The notes beneath the pieces are model-generated. The model searched no databases. It was not told where the DNA came from and worked only from the letters and a program-made list of their open reading frames with translations. A stretch of 32,000 nucleotides of DNA from contig OY759724.1 in NCBI GenBank assembly GCA_963662715.1, positions 3,000,001 to 3,032,000 on the forward strand, read 5' to 3'. A program made the position numbers and the translations under genes. The first letter of the stretch is position 1, and each line of letters begins with the position of its first letter. Below are positions 9,266 to 17,048 of the stretch, piece after piece. The DNA is from Candidatus Omnitrophota bacterium. Its GTDB lineage: Bacteria; Omnitrophota; Gorgyraeia; Zapsychrales; JANLHA01.

Positions 9266-10340
9266 TCTTGATAATCTTTTGGATGAACTGGTGGCGTTGA
9301 ACGGCAGCGACCTGCACCTTGCCGTCGGCAATCCTCCCGTGTTCCGGGTGCATGGTTATCTTCAGAGGCTCAACGGACATGACGAACCATTAGGCCCGGA
9401 AATCATCGCTTCGATGGTCGCCGGGGTTGTCAGCGAAGACGCATTCGACCGTTTGCGTCACACCGGGGAACTTGACGCCGCTTTTGAAAGGCCCGACGGC
9501 ACCCGCCTGCGTATCAATGCTTACCGGCAGCAGGGTGAATTCGCTGTTGCTATTCGGCTTCTGCCCAATCGTTTTTTTAAACTGGAGGAGTTGGGGATTA
9601 ATGTCAATTTTCTGAAGAAGATCTGCGGACTGCCTTCGGGGCTGGTTCTTGTGACAGGAACAACCAGCAGCGGGAAATCCACGACCATTGCCAGCATTGT
9701 CAATGAAATCAATAAGACCCGGGCTTGTCATATCCACACTATTGAGGACCCGATCGAGTATCGGCACCGCAGTCTGAAATCTTTTGTGACTCAACGTGAA
9801 ATCGGGCGTGATACAGCCAATTTCTCCGAAGCCCTGCGCCGCAGTATGCGGCAGGACCCGGATGTGATCGTTGTCGGTGAAATGCGAGACTTGGAGACCA
9901 TGTCGGCAGCGTTTGCTTTAGCCGAGACCGGACATCTCACCTTTGCCACCCTGCACACCGCTGATGCCATTCAGACCATATCCCGTGTGATAAGCGCGTA
10001 TCCTGCTGATCATCAGGCGCAGATCCGTGTGCAAATGGCTTCAACCTTGCAGGTGGTCATCTGCCAAAAACTGATCCCGTGGCAAAACAAAACGGGGCGT
10101 TCGCTCGCCGCCGAGATTCTGTTCTCCACGCCCAGTGTGCGCGCGATGATCCGTGAGGAAAAGACTCATCAGATGAGGACAGCCATTCAAACCGGCGCTG
10201 AACACGGCATGCAGACTCTTAATCAATCGCTTCTCGCACTGCTCGCCGAGGGCCGGATCGACGAAGCGGCCGCGATGCATTACAGCGAGGATAAAGCCAA
10301 TATGAAAAATGAAATGGAGCATTTGAAGCATGAAAATTAA
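9255..10340 (+). CDS. pilT: PilT-type pilus retraction ATPase
   Basis: The start MPRDLDNLLDELVALNGSDLHL overlaps the secretin stop by 11 nt. Walker A GTTSSGKST, Asp box IHTIEDPIEY, Walker B DPDVIVVGEMRD, His box TGHLTFATLHT. At 361 aa it is a typical PilT size. The 9135 start in the ORF track adds a non-homologous extension. Confidence 0.9.
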   Translation: MPRDLDNLLDELVALNGSDLHLAVGNPPVFRVHGYLQRLNGHDEPLGPEIIASMVAGVVSEDAFDRLRHTGELDAAFERPDGTRLRINAYRQQGEFAVAIRLLPNRFFKLEELGINVNFLKKICGLPSGLVLVTGTTSSGKSTTIASIVNEINKTRACHIHTIEDPIEYRHRSLKSFVTQREIGRDTANFSEALRRSMRQDPDVIVVGEMRDLETMSAAFALAETGHLTFATLHTADAIQTISRVISAYPADHQAQIRVQMASTLQVVICQKLIPWQNKTGRSLAAEILFSTPSVRAMIREEKTHQMRTAIQTGAEHGMQTLNQSLLALLAEGRIDEAAAMHYSEDKANMKNEMEHLKHEN

Positions 10341-10866
10341 TTTTAAAACATGGTTAAAAATTATCCTTTCGATCATTGTATTTTTTATTTCGTTTTATTC
10401 TGTGAGAAGTTTGCTAAATGATAATTTGAAACATGAAGATTTTCAGTTTCAGAATCCGGCGATCGGGATAGCTGTCCCTTCCGTAAAACTGGCAGAGCCT
10501 GATGCGCAAGAGGTGGATTTAAGAGAACTGATCAAAGGGCAAAAAGCGATTATTTTTTTCTGGTCGTCAGCATGTCCGCATTGTGTAAAGGCTATTGAAC
10601 GCCAGGATAAGCAGGAAAAAGAATTGGCAGCTAAAGGGATTAGGTTCCTTTCCATTAATCAAGGAGAGGAGATCGGCAGAATTCAACAATTTTGGGAAAG
10701 GAAAAAACTGGAAGGGGACTTTTGGGTTGATATAAATAACACGTTACCTTCCATCTTGAAAATTGTGGGAGTTCCGTCTTATTACTTTGTGAATGAAAAA
10801 GGGGTCATTGTGATGGTAGAACACAAATTAACTAAAGGAATGATAAAATATTTCATGAAACTTTAA
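10330..10866 (+). CDS. Membrane-anchored TlpA/ResA-like thiol:disulfide oxidoreductase (thioredoxin fold)
   Basis: N-terminal anchor LKIILSIIVFFISFY and the redox motif WSSACPHC. It has the usual TlpA-family length and layout. The ATG overlaps the last 11 nt of pilT. Confidence 0.75.
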   Translation: MKINFKTWLKIILSIIVFFISFYSVRSLLNDNLKHEDFQFQNPAIGIAVPSVKLAEPDAQEVDLRELIKGQKAIIFFWSSACPHCVKAIERQDKQEKELAAKGIRFLSINQGEEIGRIQQFWERKKLEGDFWVDINNTLPSILKIVGVPSYYFVNEKGVIVMVEHKLTKGMIKYFMKL

Positions 10867-10903
10867 AATCACCTTCATTGATGATGACAAACGAGATACG
10901 AAA

Positions 10904-10917
10904 GGGGACAGGCCCCC
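10904..10917. repeat. GGGGACAG(G/T)CCCC palindromic motif, copy 1 (variant)
   Basis: GAAAGGGGACAGGCCCCC lies 38 nt after the stop at 10866 and is followed by ATAATAAAC. Confidence 0.5.
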
Positions 10918-11011
10918 ATAATAAACTATGTTATCAGTTTGTACCCTTTTCAATTTCCGTCAACCATCCCACCTTGATTTTCATATTATAAGAGAGTATA
11001 ATCGCAACATC

Positions 11012-11123
11012 ATAAAGAATGTTTTTCTCTGCCCCTACGGATGACCGATGGTACCGAAAAAGGACGGTAATGGAAAATATCGCTAAGGCATTGGAGAAAC
11101 AGGGAGTTGTTACTCTAAAATAA
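11012..11123 (+). repeat. Mini-ORF module copy A (degenerate first ORF, intact second ORF)
   Basis: (I)KNVFLCPYG-TGA at 11012-11044 has no ATG. The conserved core GATGACCGATGGTACCGAAAAAGGACGG follows. The second ORF is MENIAKALEKQGVVTLK (11070-11123). Confidence 0.7.
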
Positions 11124-11230
11124 CGAAAAGATGATCTCATAAATGCCTGGGGGAAAATTACTGCTCAGAATTTGAGACTGCTTGGAATGAAATGCCCAAA
11201 GCAACTTATCAATAAGGATGGCATAAATCA

Positions 11231-12643
11231 ATGGGATCAGAAGACGTGAAATTGTTAGAGAAAGGAAAGGAACTCATGTACATATCTCCTAGGAGTAATA
11301 GACCGGCTGAAAACAGTTCAGGTTTAATGAATAGCTTAGTGATGGGGAACTCATCAAAAGTTGTAGGCTGTTTTCTTACCTTTGTTATGTTGGGGCTTCT
11401 GTGTCTTCCACCACAGCAGATTGCTGAGGCCCGTCAAGTTATGAAAGAAGGAAAATTTACCATTGATATCAACGATGACTTCCAATGTGGCGAAGAAGCC
11501 GAGTTAACGATCACGGTTCCGGACCGCAGATTTTTTAAGGGTGACCCGCGACACATCCGGGTCTTAATCGGGAACGTACGGGGGCCTCTGAGTGAAGAAT
11601 GTGGTCAATATGCCTTTAGAAGTGTCAAAATCATCGGCAAAGAAGGCGACGTCCAGGTTTTTTCAGGGTCTGCCCAAAAAAGTGAAAGTTGGAAGATTGT
11701 CAGTGACAATGCTGATGATCAAGGGGAGCAACATGATGGGCAAGAGCCTGATGTCAGAATCAAATTCCGCCTTCCAAACAGTTCCGCCGGTATTGACTAT
11801 GCAGGAACCTGTCAAAGAAACCCTATTATCCCGTTAAAACCGGTGTATTACAATAATGCGGATGCGGCTTTGAGCAAACCGGCCACAATGAGAGATTATC
11901 GTGTTGTCGCGCCGTTGATTGCTGAACAGTATCTATCAGCGTGCCCCGGCACGGAAACCATTGACTTCTCACTCAACCCCATTCCCGAAGGATATGTCTG
12001 TGTCAGCGGGTTCCTCTGTTATTTGAATTGGTCTGCACAGAATCCAAAGGAAGTCATGACCGCAGAATTTAAAAGAAAACCAAGGCTTAAGGACTACGAT
12101 GATGTTATTCAAGCTTTTGCAGAAGGGAATTTTGATATCCTTCGTGAGTATAAAGAATTCAATCATCTTTTTCATAATGATTTTGCCGAGAGATATACAG
12201 ACATTTGTAGAGACCATGTTGACAGTACGGTCACTTTTGAAATTGAGAGCATTCAAACCCGATACAATTCAGATGGCTTCGTTGAAAGTAAAAACAAGGT
12301 AGGGCCGACGGTCCACATCCATATTGACGAGAATTTTGCAAAGCGATACAAGGCGTTTTACGGTCCTAATAAAGCCTGGGGTGCGCTTTTATTAATGAAC
12401 CGGGTTGTTGATCAGAGGTCTCGCCGTCCCGGATCTGCGGGTATGATCAAAGGTGTGAGCTATTTTATCGATAATTTAAACCAAATTGATCAATTTCTAT
12501 CGAAGGGTTGCACAACGGAAAAAGTGCGCACGGTTTACGATAATATCGACCGTTTTTATCGCCATCAACCACCTGTGAAGGCCGAAAAGGAAGGGGAAAA
12601 AAGGAAGGGGACAGTCCCCGCTAAGGGACAGGGCAACCTTTAG
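11231..12643 (+). CDS. Hypothetical secreted protein (no family recognised)
   Basis: Long ORF. The hydrophobic signal-like segment VVGCFLTFVMLGLLCLPPQQIAEA suggests the real start may be an internal ATG (11276, 11327 or 11342). I recognise no catalytic motif. Confidence 0.55.
   Translation: MGSEDVKLLEKGKELMYISPRSNRPAENSSGLMNSLVMGNSSKVVGCFLTFVMLGLLCLPPQQIAEARQVMKEGKFTIDINDDFQCGEEAELTITVPDRRFFKGDPRHIRVLIGNVRGPLSEECGQYAFRSVKIIGKEGDVQVFSGSAQKSESWKIVSDNADDQGEQHDGQEPDVRIKFRLPNSSAGIDYAGTCQRNPIIPLKPVYYNNADAALSKPATMRDYRVVAPLIAEQYLSACPGTETIDFSLNPIPEGYVCVSGFLCYLNWSAQNPKEVMTAEFKRKPRLKDYDDVIQAFAEGNFDILREYKEFNHLFHNDFAERYTDICRDHVDSTVTFEIESIQTRYNSDGFVESKNKVGPTVHIHIDENFAKRYKAFYGPNKAWGALLLMNRVVDQRSRRPGSAGMIKGVSYFIDNLNQIDQFLSKGCTTEKVRTVYDNIDRFYRHQPPVKAEKEGEKRKGTVPAKGQGNL
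12607..12619. repeat. GGGGACAGTCCCC palindromic motif, copy 2
   Basis: Perfect GGGGAC-A-GTCCCC inside the last 37 nt of the 11231-12643 ORF. A half-copy GGGACAGGGC lies 5 nt downstream. Confidence 0.6.
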
Positions 12644-12666
12644 GCAATGACATCTGGGAGGGATTC

Positions 12667-14028
12667 ATGACGAACACAAAAGGATTCTTCAATAGTTTGG
12701 CCGGCAAACTGGCCGCAAAATTCAAGAAATCGCGCTGTGCCTTTTGCTCAAAGATACTGCCGGAGGAAGGGCTATCGAATCGACTTTTTAAAGAAAATTT
12801 GGTGCGGAAGATGAAGGACAGTTTGGGGGAACCTCAGCGGCCCCCACATGCTATCCAAGAGGGTGCTCCTCAATGGCTGGTGTGTACTTCCTGTTTTGAT
12901 AAGTTTGTCAACACCCAACAGATTTGCGGTGCTTGCCGGCGGCCTGTGCCACCAACGGAAGGGTACGTATTGCCGGCTAAAAAGGTTGTCACCAAAAATT
13001 ATTTCTGGAGGATGTATTTCTCAAATCCCCTTCCGTATGTCCCCGCGACCACCTATCAAGGGGGAGCCATCACAAATTTTGACGCCATTTACCGTTACGT
13101 GGTGGGGCAGCAGGCTAGTTGGCTTATATGCGAAACGTGCTATAAGACATTGGGAAGCCCGTTTGACTCGGCCAGAGCTGATGCCAAAAAGTGGTGGGGG
13201 GCCGGGCGGAAAAGCGATCATGTCAAGGAAGCCGGCCCGGTCCCGGTCGAGGATGCTGTCGAGCCGGCCACAAAGGGATTTTATCTTGTCTACAGGAAGC
13301 CTTCCGTTGGTCTTTGGATAAATGCCTCGTCCAAGCCTAATGAAGCCTTACCCCAAGAGGAGTTTAATGAAATTTGTCCTCTGATCGAAGATCTTGCCAC
13401 TAAAAGCCTCGGCACCGTTCTCGGAAGCGACCCATATTTTTCATTAAGACGTCTGGGTAAACGCGTCGTACCTTACTTGACAAAGGTCATCGATTATCCC
13501 AATTATGAAATAGCAGAAAAAGCTGTTAAACTTTTAGGGGAAGTCGGGGGGAAAGAGGCTATTCCTGTACTTCAAAAAGTTGTGGAAGACTGTAATATTT
13601 GGGAAGTCCGCAAAGCCGCTTTGACCGGCCTTGCACAAATTAAAAAAATAGACGACGAAACTCTCCCCTTGGACACCGAGTGCCCTTATCAACAAATTTC
13701 CGAAGTCTGGACCGCAGTCATTCAGGGCCGAAAGCAGCTCTATACCCCGAACACTATTTATGAATACGGCACGAGAACTATGGAACGTATGCCAAAGCTG
13801 ATGATTGAATCTGAGAAGATGCGGTCACGGATGTGGGCTATGCTGGCCGAACTTATATATATCGGTTTAAACGCTTCTTGGGATAGGGATATTCGGACCA
13901 TAAAACATTGCCCTCAAGCTGGAAAATGTATGGAAGAAGCATTGCGCTGCGACCCCCAAGGGGAAAATGTGGAAATGTGGAATCAATTTCTTAAAGCATA
14001 TACAATCACATGTGGGGACAGTCCTTAA
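12667..14028 (+). CDS. Hypothetical cytoplasmic protein with duplicated Cys4 zinc-ribbon-like units and HEAT-like repeats
   Basis: CAFC...WLVCTSCFDKF and CGAC...WLICETCYKTL form two CxxC...CxxC units with a shared WL(V/I)C.(S/T)C(F/Y).K motif. The central stretch VVPYLTKVIDYPNYEIAEKAVKLLGEVGGKEAIPVLQKVVEDCNIWEVRKAALTGLAQI resembles HEAT/PBS-lyase repeats. Confidence 0.6.
   Translation: MTNTKGFFNSLAGKLAAKFKKSRCAFCSKILPEEGLSNRLFKENLVRKMKDSLGEPQRPPHAIQEGAPQWLVCTSCFDKFVNTQQICGACRRPVPPTEGYVLPAKKVVTKNYFWRMYFSNPLPYVPATTYQGGAITNFDAIYRYVVGQQASWLICETCYKTLGSPFDSARADAKKWWGAGRKSDHVKEAGPVPVEDAVEPATKGFYLVYRKPSVGLWINASSKPNEALPQEEFNEICPLIEDLATKSLGTVLGSDPYFSLRRLGKRVVPYLTKVIDYPNYEIAEKAVKLLGEVGGKEAIPVLQKVVEDCNIWEVRKAALTGLAQIKKIDDETLPLDTECPYQQISEVWTAVIQGRKQLYTPNTIYEYGTRTMERMPKLMIESEKMRSRMWAMLAELIYIGLNASWDRDIRTIKHCPQAGKCMEEALRCDPQGENVEMWNQFLKAYTITCGDSP
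14014..14024. repeat. GGGGACAGTCC motif, copy 3 (truncated right arm)
   Basis: It lies in the last five codons (CGDSP-stop) of the 12667-14028 ORF. ...GAATAATAAAC follows, as for copy 1. Confidence 0.45.
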
Positions 14029-14063
14029 GAATACCTAAGAATAATAAACTTAAAGGAGAATTC

Positions 14064-14729
14064 ATGAAATTCTCATTTGTATTTATTGTAATCATGTTAT
14101 TGAGCTCCAACGTTTATGCCCAAAGTAACCTCGCCTCATCCAAGAAGCCGAATATTATGGAGGTTATTTTGTTTTTGAATGCCAATCAAGCCAATAATGG
14201 CTCTGCCAGTTTTAAAGCAGATCATGATAAAAAAACTTTGGAATATTTCGATCAAGATGGGAGGTTGATAGAGAAATCTTATATCAATGAAAGCAACGAT
14301 ATTGTCACCCAGAAATATGACAAAGAAGGGGGAATTATATCGGAAACAAAAATCACAGAGGAATCCATTTTAGCACAAAATAAGAAGAGGAAAGATGACC
14401 ATAAAAATAAAGTGGTCCCCGGATTGATCGCCAAATTGTCCGTCATGGCTAAAGCCGCAGAGCGTTACGCAAAAGATCATGATGGCCGATTTCCCCAACA
14501 AATGAATGAGCTTGTTGGCGCTCAGCCGCCATACTTAAGTGAATGCTTTTGCGATGACCAAACCCCAACATATCGAATAGTTTGTGACATTAATGAAGCT
14601 GGTTATCACTTTAAGGCCAACGCACTCTGGTCACATCTTGAATCCTATGTAATGGTAAACGGCGAAAAGTTAACGACAGTACCGCCCCAGAGACCAACAT
14701 ACGAGAAGTCTACATCAACGTGCAAATAA
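14064..14729 (+). CDS. Hypothetical secreted protein; the C-terminal half weakly resembles the GspG/pseudopilin globular domain
   Basis: ATG at 14064 lies 5 nt after AAAGGAG. Signal peptide MKFSFVFIVIMLLSSNVYAQS. The segment LIAKLSVMAKAAERYAKDHDGRFPQQMNELVG resembles the pseudopilin pattern a...l..Y..DnG.yP....eLv, but there is no N-terminal prepilin methylation motif. The resemblance is recognition only. Confidence 0.5.
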   Translation: MKFSFVFIVIMLLSSNVYAQSNLASSKKPNIMEVILFLNANQANNGSASFKADHDKKTLEYFDQDGRLIEKSYINESNDIVTQKYDKEGGIISETKITEESILAQNKKRKDDHKNKVVPGLIAKLSVMAKAAERYAKDHDGRFPQQMNELVGAQPPYLSECFCDDQTPTYRIVCDINEAGYHFKANALWSHLESYVMVNGEKLTTVPPQRPTYEKSTSTCK

Positions 14730-14743
14730 ATTTTGAAGGGGAA

Positions 14744-14756
14744 GAGGACAGTCCCC
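14744..14756. repeat. GAGGACAGTCCCC palindromic motif, copy 4
   Basis: GAAGGGGAAGAGGACAGTCCCCAATAA begins 15 nt after the stop at 14729. Confidence 0.55.
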
Positions 14757-14829
14757 AATAAGTTGCGAACCAAGGGAAAAAGATTAAAGAAATTGGTCAT
14801 TAATACTACAAATACAGGACTGCTATTTT

Positions 14830-15783
14830 ATGAGAGCCAAATCACAGGAACTCCTCGATTCATTAGCCGATGAAACTTCCGTTTTTATACAGACCCATGA
14901 CTTTCCGGATCCTGATGCTGTTGCGGCCGCATTCGGACTCCAATATTTTTTGAAAGAAAAAGGAACGGCATCCACCATTCTCTATGAAGGTGAACTCCAA
15001 ACAAATCCGATCGGAAGAATGGTCAAAGATCTTGGTATTGTCATGCAAAAAACGGGTGAGATAAATCTAAAGAAAAAAGACGGCATTATACTTATTGATG
15101 GGTGTAAGGGCAATGAAAATGTAACCAATGATACAGGAAAAGTTCTGGCGGTCATCGATCATCATTTAGGCAAGGAGCCAGCAGACGTTCCGTTTCTCGA
15201 CATCAGGAGTGATTACGGTGCGTCATCAACAATTATTTCTCATTATTTGAAGGAAAGTGGGGTTGTTCTGACACCCTATGTAGCCACAGCTTTATCAATC
15301 GGCATTCATGTCGATACCGGTTCTTTGCGCAGGAGGGTTCATCTCAAAGACATCGAAATGCTTTCCTTTTTGCAAGATAAGAGTGACAACAACTTATTGG
15401 GATCAATATTACGTAATAATGTTTGCCAAGAAGATCTTCATATTTATAAAAAGGCTTTAAAAAATGTCAAAATCAGTGATCGTTTCGCATTTTATTACCA
15501 TCCTGGAGAATGCGCGCAAAATCTTTTGGGCATACTTGCTGATTTCTTTTTGTCTGTAAAAGAAATCAATTTCGTAGTGCTTTGCGCGCAAAGTAACGGC
15601 AAAATCATTTTCTCGGTGCGCAGTGAAAACCCCGAGTGGAATGCGGCGTTTATCATCAAAAGTGTTCTCCGAGGATTGGGTGCCGGAGGAGGACATCAAG
15701 ACATGGCTGGGGGAGCCATCAAAGATCCCTCTTCATTTAATGAGAAAGAGCTTTATGAAAAATTTCTGAACCATATAGATTAA
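14830..15783 (+). CDS. DHH/DHHA1-family phosphoesterase (NrnA-like nanoRNase / pAp or cyclic-dinucleotide phosphodiesterase class)
   Basis: Family motifs appear in order: HDFPDPDAV (DxD), LIDG, VIDHH (DHH), HVDTGS, and the C-terminal GGGHQDMAGG (DHHA1 GGGH). Confidence 0.8.
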   Translation: MRAKSQELLDSLADETSVFIQTHDFPDPDAVAAAFGLQYFLKEKGTASTILYEGELQTNPIGRMVKDLGIVMQKTGEINLKKKDGIILIDGCKGNENVTNDTGKVLAVIDHHLGKEPADVPFLDIRSDYGASSTIISHYLKESGVVLTPYVATALSIGIHVDTGSLRRRVHLKDIEMLSFLQDKSDNNLLGSILRNNVCQEDLHIYKKALKNVKISDRFAFYYHPGECAQNLLGILADFFLSVKEINFVVLCAQSNGKIIFSVRSENPEWNAAFIIKSVLRGLGAGGGHQDMAGGAIKDPSSFNEKELYEKFLNHID

Positions 15784-15794
15784 GCTCAATACTT

Positions 15795-15900
15795 ATGAAA
15801 AAAAATTATTTAAAAATTTACGGCTGACCGATGGTACCGAAAAAGGACGGCAATGAAAAATATCGCCAAAGCATTGGAAAAGCAAGGGATATGTAATTAA
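15795..15900 (+). repeat. Mini-ORF module copy B
   Basis: MKKNYLKIYG-TGA (15795-15827) starts 11 nt after the DHH stop. The conserved core CTGACCGATGGTACCGAAAAAGGACGG follows. The second ORF is MKNIAKALEKQGICN (15853-15900). Confidence 0.8.
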
Positions 15901-15936
15901 AAAAAACTTATAAACTCACATTAACTAGGAATTGAT

Positions 15937-16365
15937 ATGCGACAAAAATTCAACCTCATTACCCTCGGCGTAAAAGACATACAAAAATCCATAAATTTTT
16001 ATGAGAAAGGTCTCGGCTGGAAAAGGTCGCCTGCGAGTCTAGATGATCTTATTCTTTTTCCCTTAGGAGGAATTGTTTTGGCGCTCTATCCGCGGAAGCT
16101 TTTGGCTGATGATATAACCTTAAAAGACTTGCCAACAGGGTTTTCTGCTGTAACTATTTCTTATAATGCAAAGGATGAAAATGAGGTGAATGAGGTTCTC
16201 GGGCAGGTAGAGCAACTTGGAGCAACCATTCTCAAACCCGCTCAGAAAGCATTTTGGGGTGGATACAGCGGATATTTTAAGGATTTGGACGGGCATTTAA
16301 TTGAAGTTGCATATAATCCATTTTGGGAGTTTGATAATAACGACAATCTTAATTTGCCATTATGA
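15937..16365 (+). CDS. VOC-family (glyoxalase / bleomycin-resistance fold) protein
   Basis: 142 aa. The N-terminal LITLGVKDIQKSINFYEKGLGW and C-terminal GYFKDLDGHLIEVAYNP are typical paired beta-alpha-beta-beta-beta VOC signatures. Confidence 0.75.
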   Translation: MRQKFNLITLGVKDIQKSINFYEKGLGWKRSPASLDDLILFPLGGIVLALYPRKLLADDITLKDLPTGFSAVTISYNAKDENEVNEVLGQVEQLGATILKPAQKAFWGGYSGYFKDLDGHLIEVAYNPFWEFDNNDNLNLPL

Positions 16366-16408
16366 AAATTTGTGACGGGATTGCTGCTATAATATAAAGA
16401 AATAAGCT

Positions 16409-17035
16409 ATGGATAAGAAACATCAAGTGGAGAATATTGATATTCTAAAAAAATTTGGAGACTACTACACTGCAAGTGAACGTACATTTATTATGGGCAT
16501 TGATAAAAAATTTACGTCTCATTTTGCTGAACGATTCAAGAATTTTGTCGTTTTAGAAACATGCACTGGGGGAGGATTTACTACCATATCTCTTGCGAGA
16601 ACAGCAAAGCATGTCATTACATTTGAAATTGATCGATCCATACAAGAAGATGCCGCCCAAAATATAAAGAAAGCAGACCTATCCGACAGGGTTACTTTGA
16701 TAAATGGAAATATTCTGAATCAAAATTTAATAGAAAATCTCCCGCCTATAAATAGCGCATTTCTTGATCCTGATTGGGCTGTAACTGGACCAGATCACAT
16801 CTATCGATTCACAAATTCGAATACAAATCCTCCAGCAGATGTATTGCTCAATAAAATTTTTATAATTACTAATAATGTTGCCTTAGTTTTACCCCCGTTT
16901 ATTGATATCAAAGAACTAGAAGGATTACCAGAGCACGAGCTTGAACAACTCTACATGGGGGACTCCTTAGAACTTTATTGTCTTTATTTTGGAAAACTCA
17001 TAAAAACCATTGGTAAAACAACCTTTAGAATATAA
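16409..17035 (+). CDS. Class I SAM-dependent methyltransferase (resembles the cap guanine-N2 / Methyltransf_15 type)
   Basis: Motif I VLETCTGGGFTTISLA, acidic motif II ITFEID, and AFLDPDW, which resembles the (S/D)PPW substrate motif. The subfamily call is tentative. Confidence 0.65.
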   Translation: MDKKHQVENIDILKKFGDYYTASERTFIMGIDKKFTSHFAERFKNFVVLETCTGGGFTTISLARTAKHVITFEIDRSIQEDAAQNIKKADLSDRVTLINGNILNQNLIENLPPINSAFLDPDWAVTGPDHIYRFTNSNTNPPADVLLNKIFIITNNVALVLPPFIDIKELEGLPEHELEQLYMGDSLELYCLYFGKLIKTIGKTTFRI

Positions 17036-17048
17036 TTTAGCGTAAAAC

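Noticed and set aside
10934-11140. Minus-strand ORFs running through mini-ORF modules A (10934-11140, 68 aa) and D (18537-18722, 61 aa). They share a hydrophobic stretch, CFSNALAIFSI(T/A)VLFR(Y/H)HRS.
   Set aside because: Third codon positions in this minus frame coincide with those of the + strand second mini-ORF, so the synonymous-looking variation cannot tell the two apart. In copies B and C the minus frame has no start codon and is cut by stops (..RSAVNF-stop, ..RSAVDF-stop). The + strand ORF has an ATG and an SD in all four copies.
12848-13321. 157-aa alternative-frame + strand ORF inside the 12667-14028 gene.
   Set aside because: It is fully nested in a longer ORF that has coherent Cys-motif and HEAT-like repeats. 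Its translation is Pro/Arg/Gly-rich without features.
15825-15900. Reading the invariant TGA of the mini-ORF modules as selenocysteine (for example KIYG-U-PMVPKKDG...).
   Set aside because: The zero frame after TGA is not conserved at the peptide level between copies and hits stops at different places. I cannot find a conserved SECIS-type hairpin. Only a 3-4 bp UACC/GGUA pairing is possible, and its support is inconsistent across copies.
16366-16408. Possible promoter (TTGTGA ... TATAAT) between the VOC and methyltransferase genes.
   Set aside because: The spacing between the two hexamers is only about 12 nt, too short for a sigma-70-type promoter. The genes are more likely co-transcribed.
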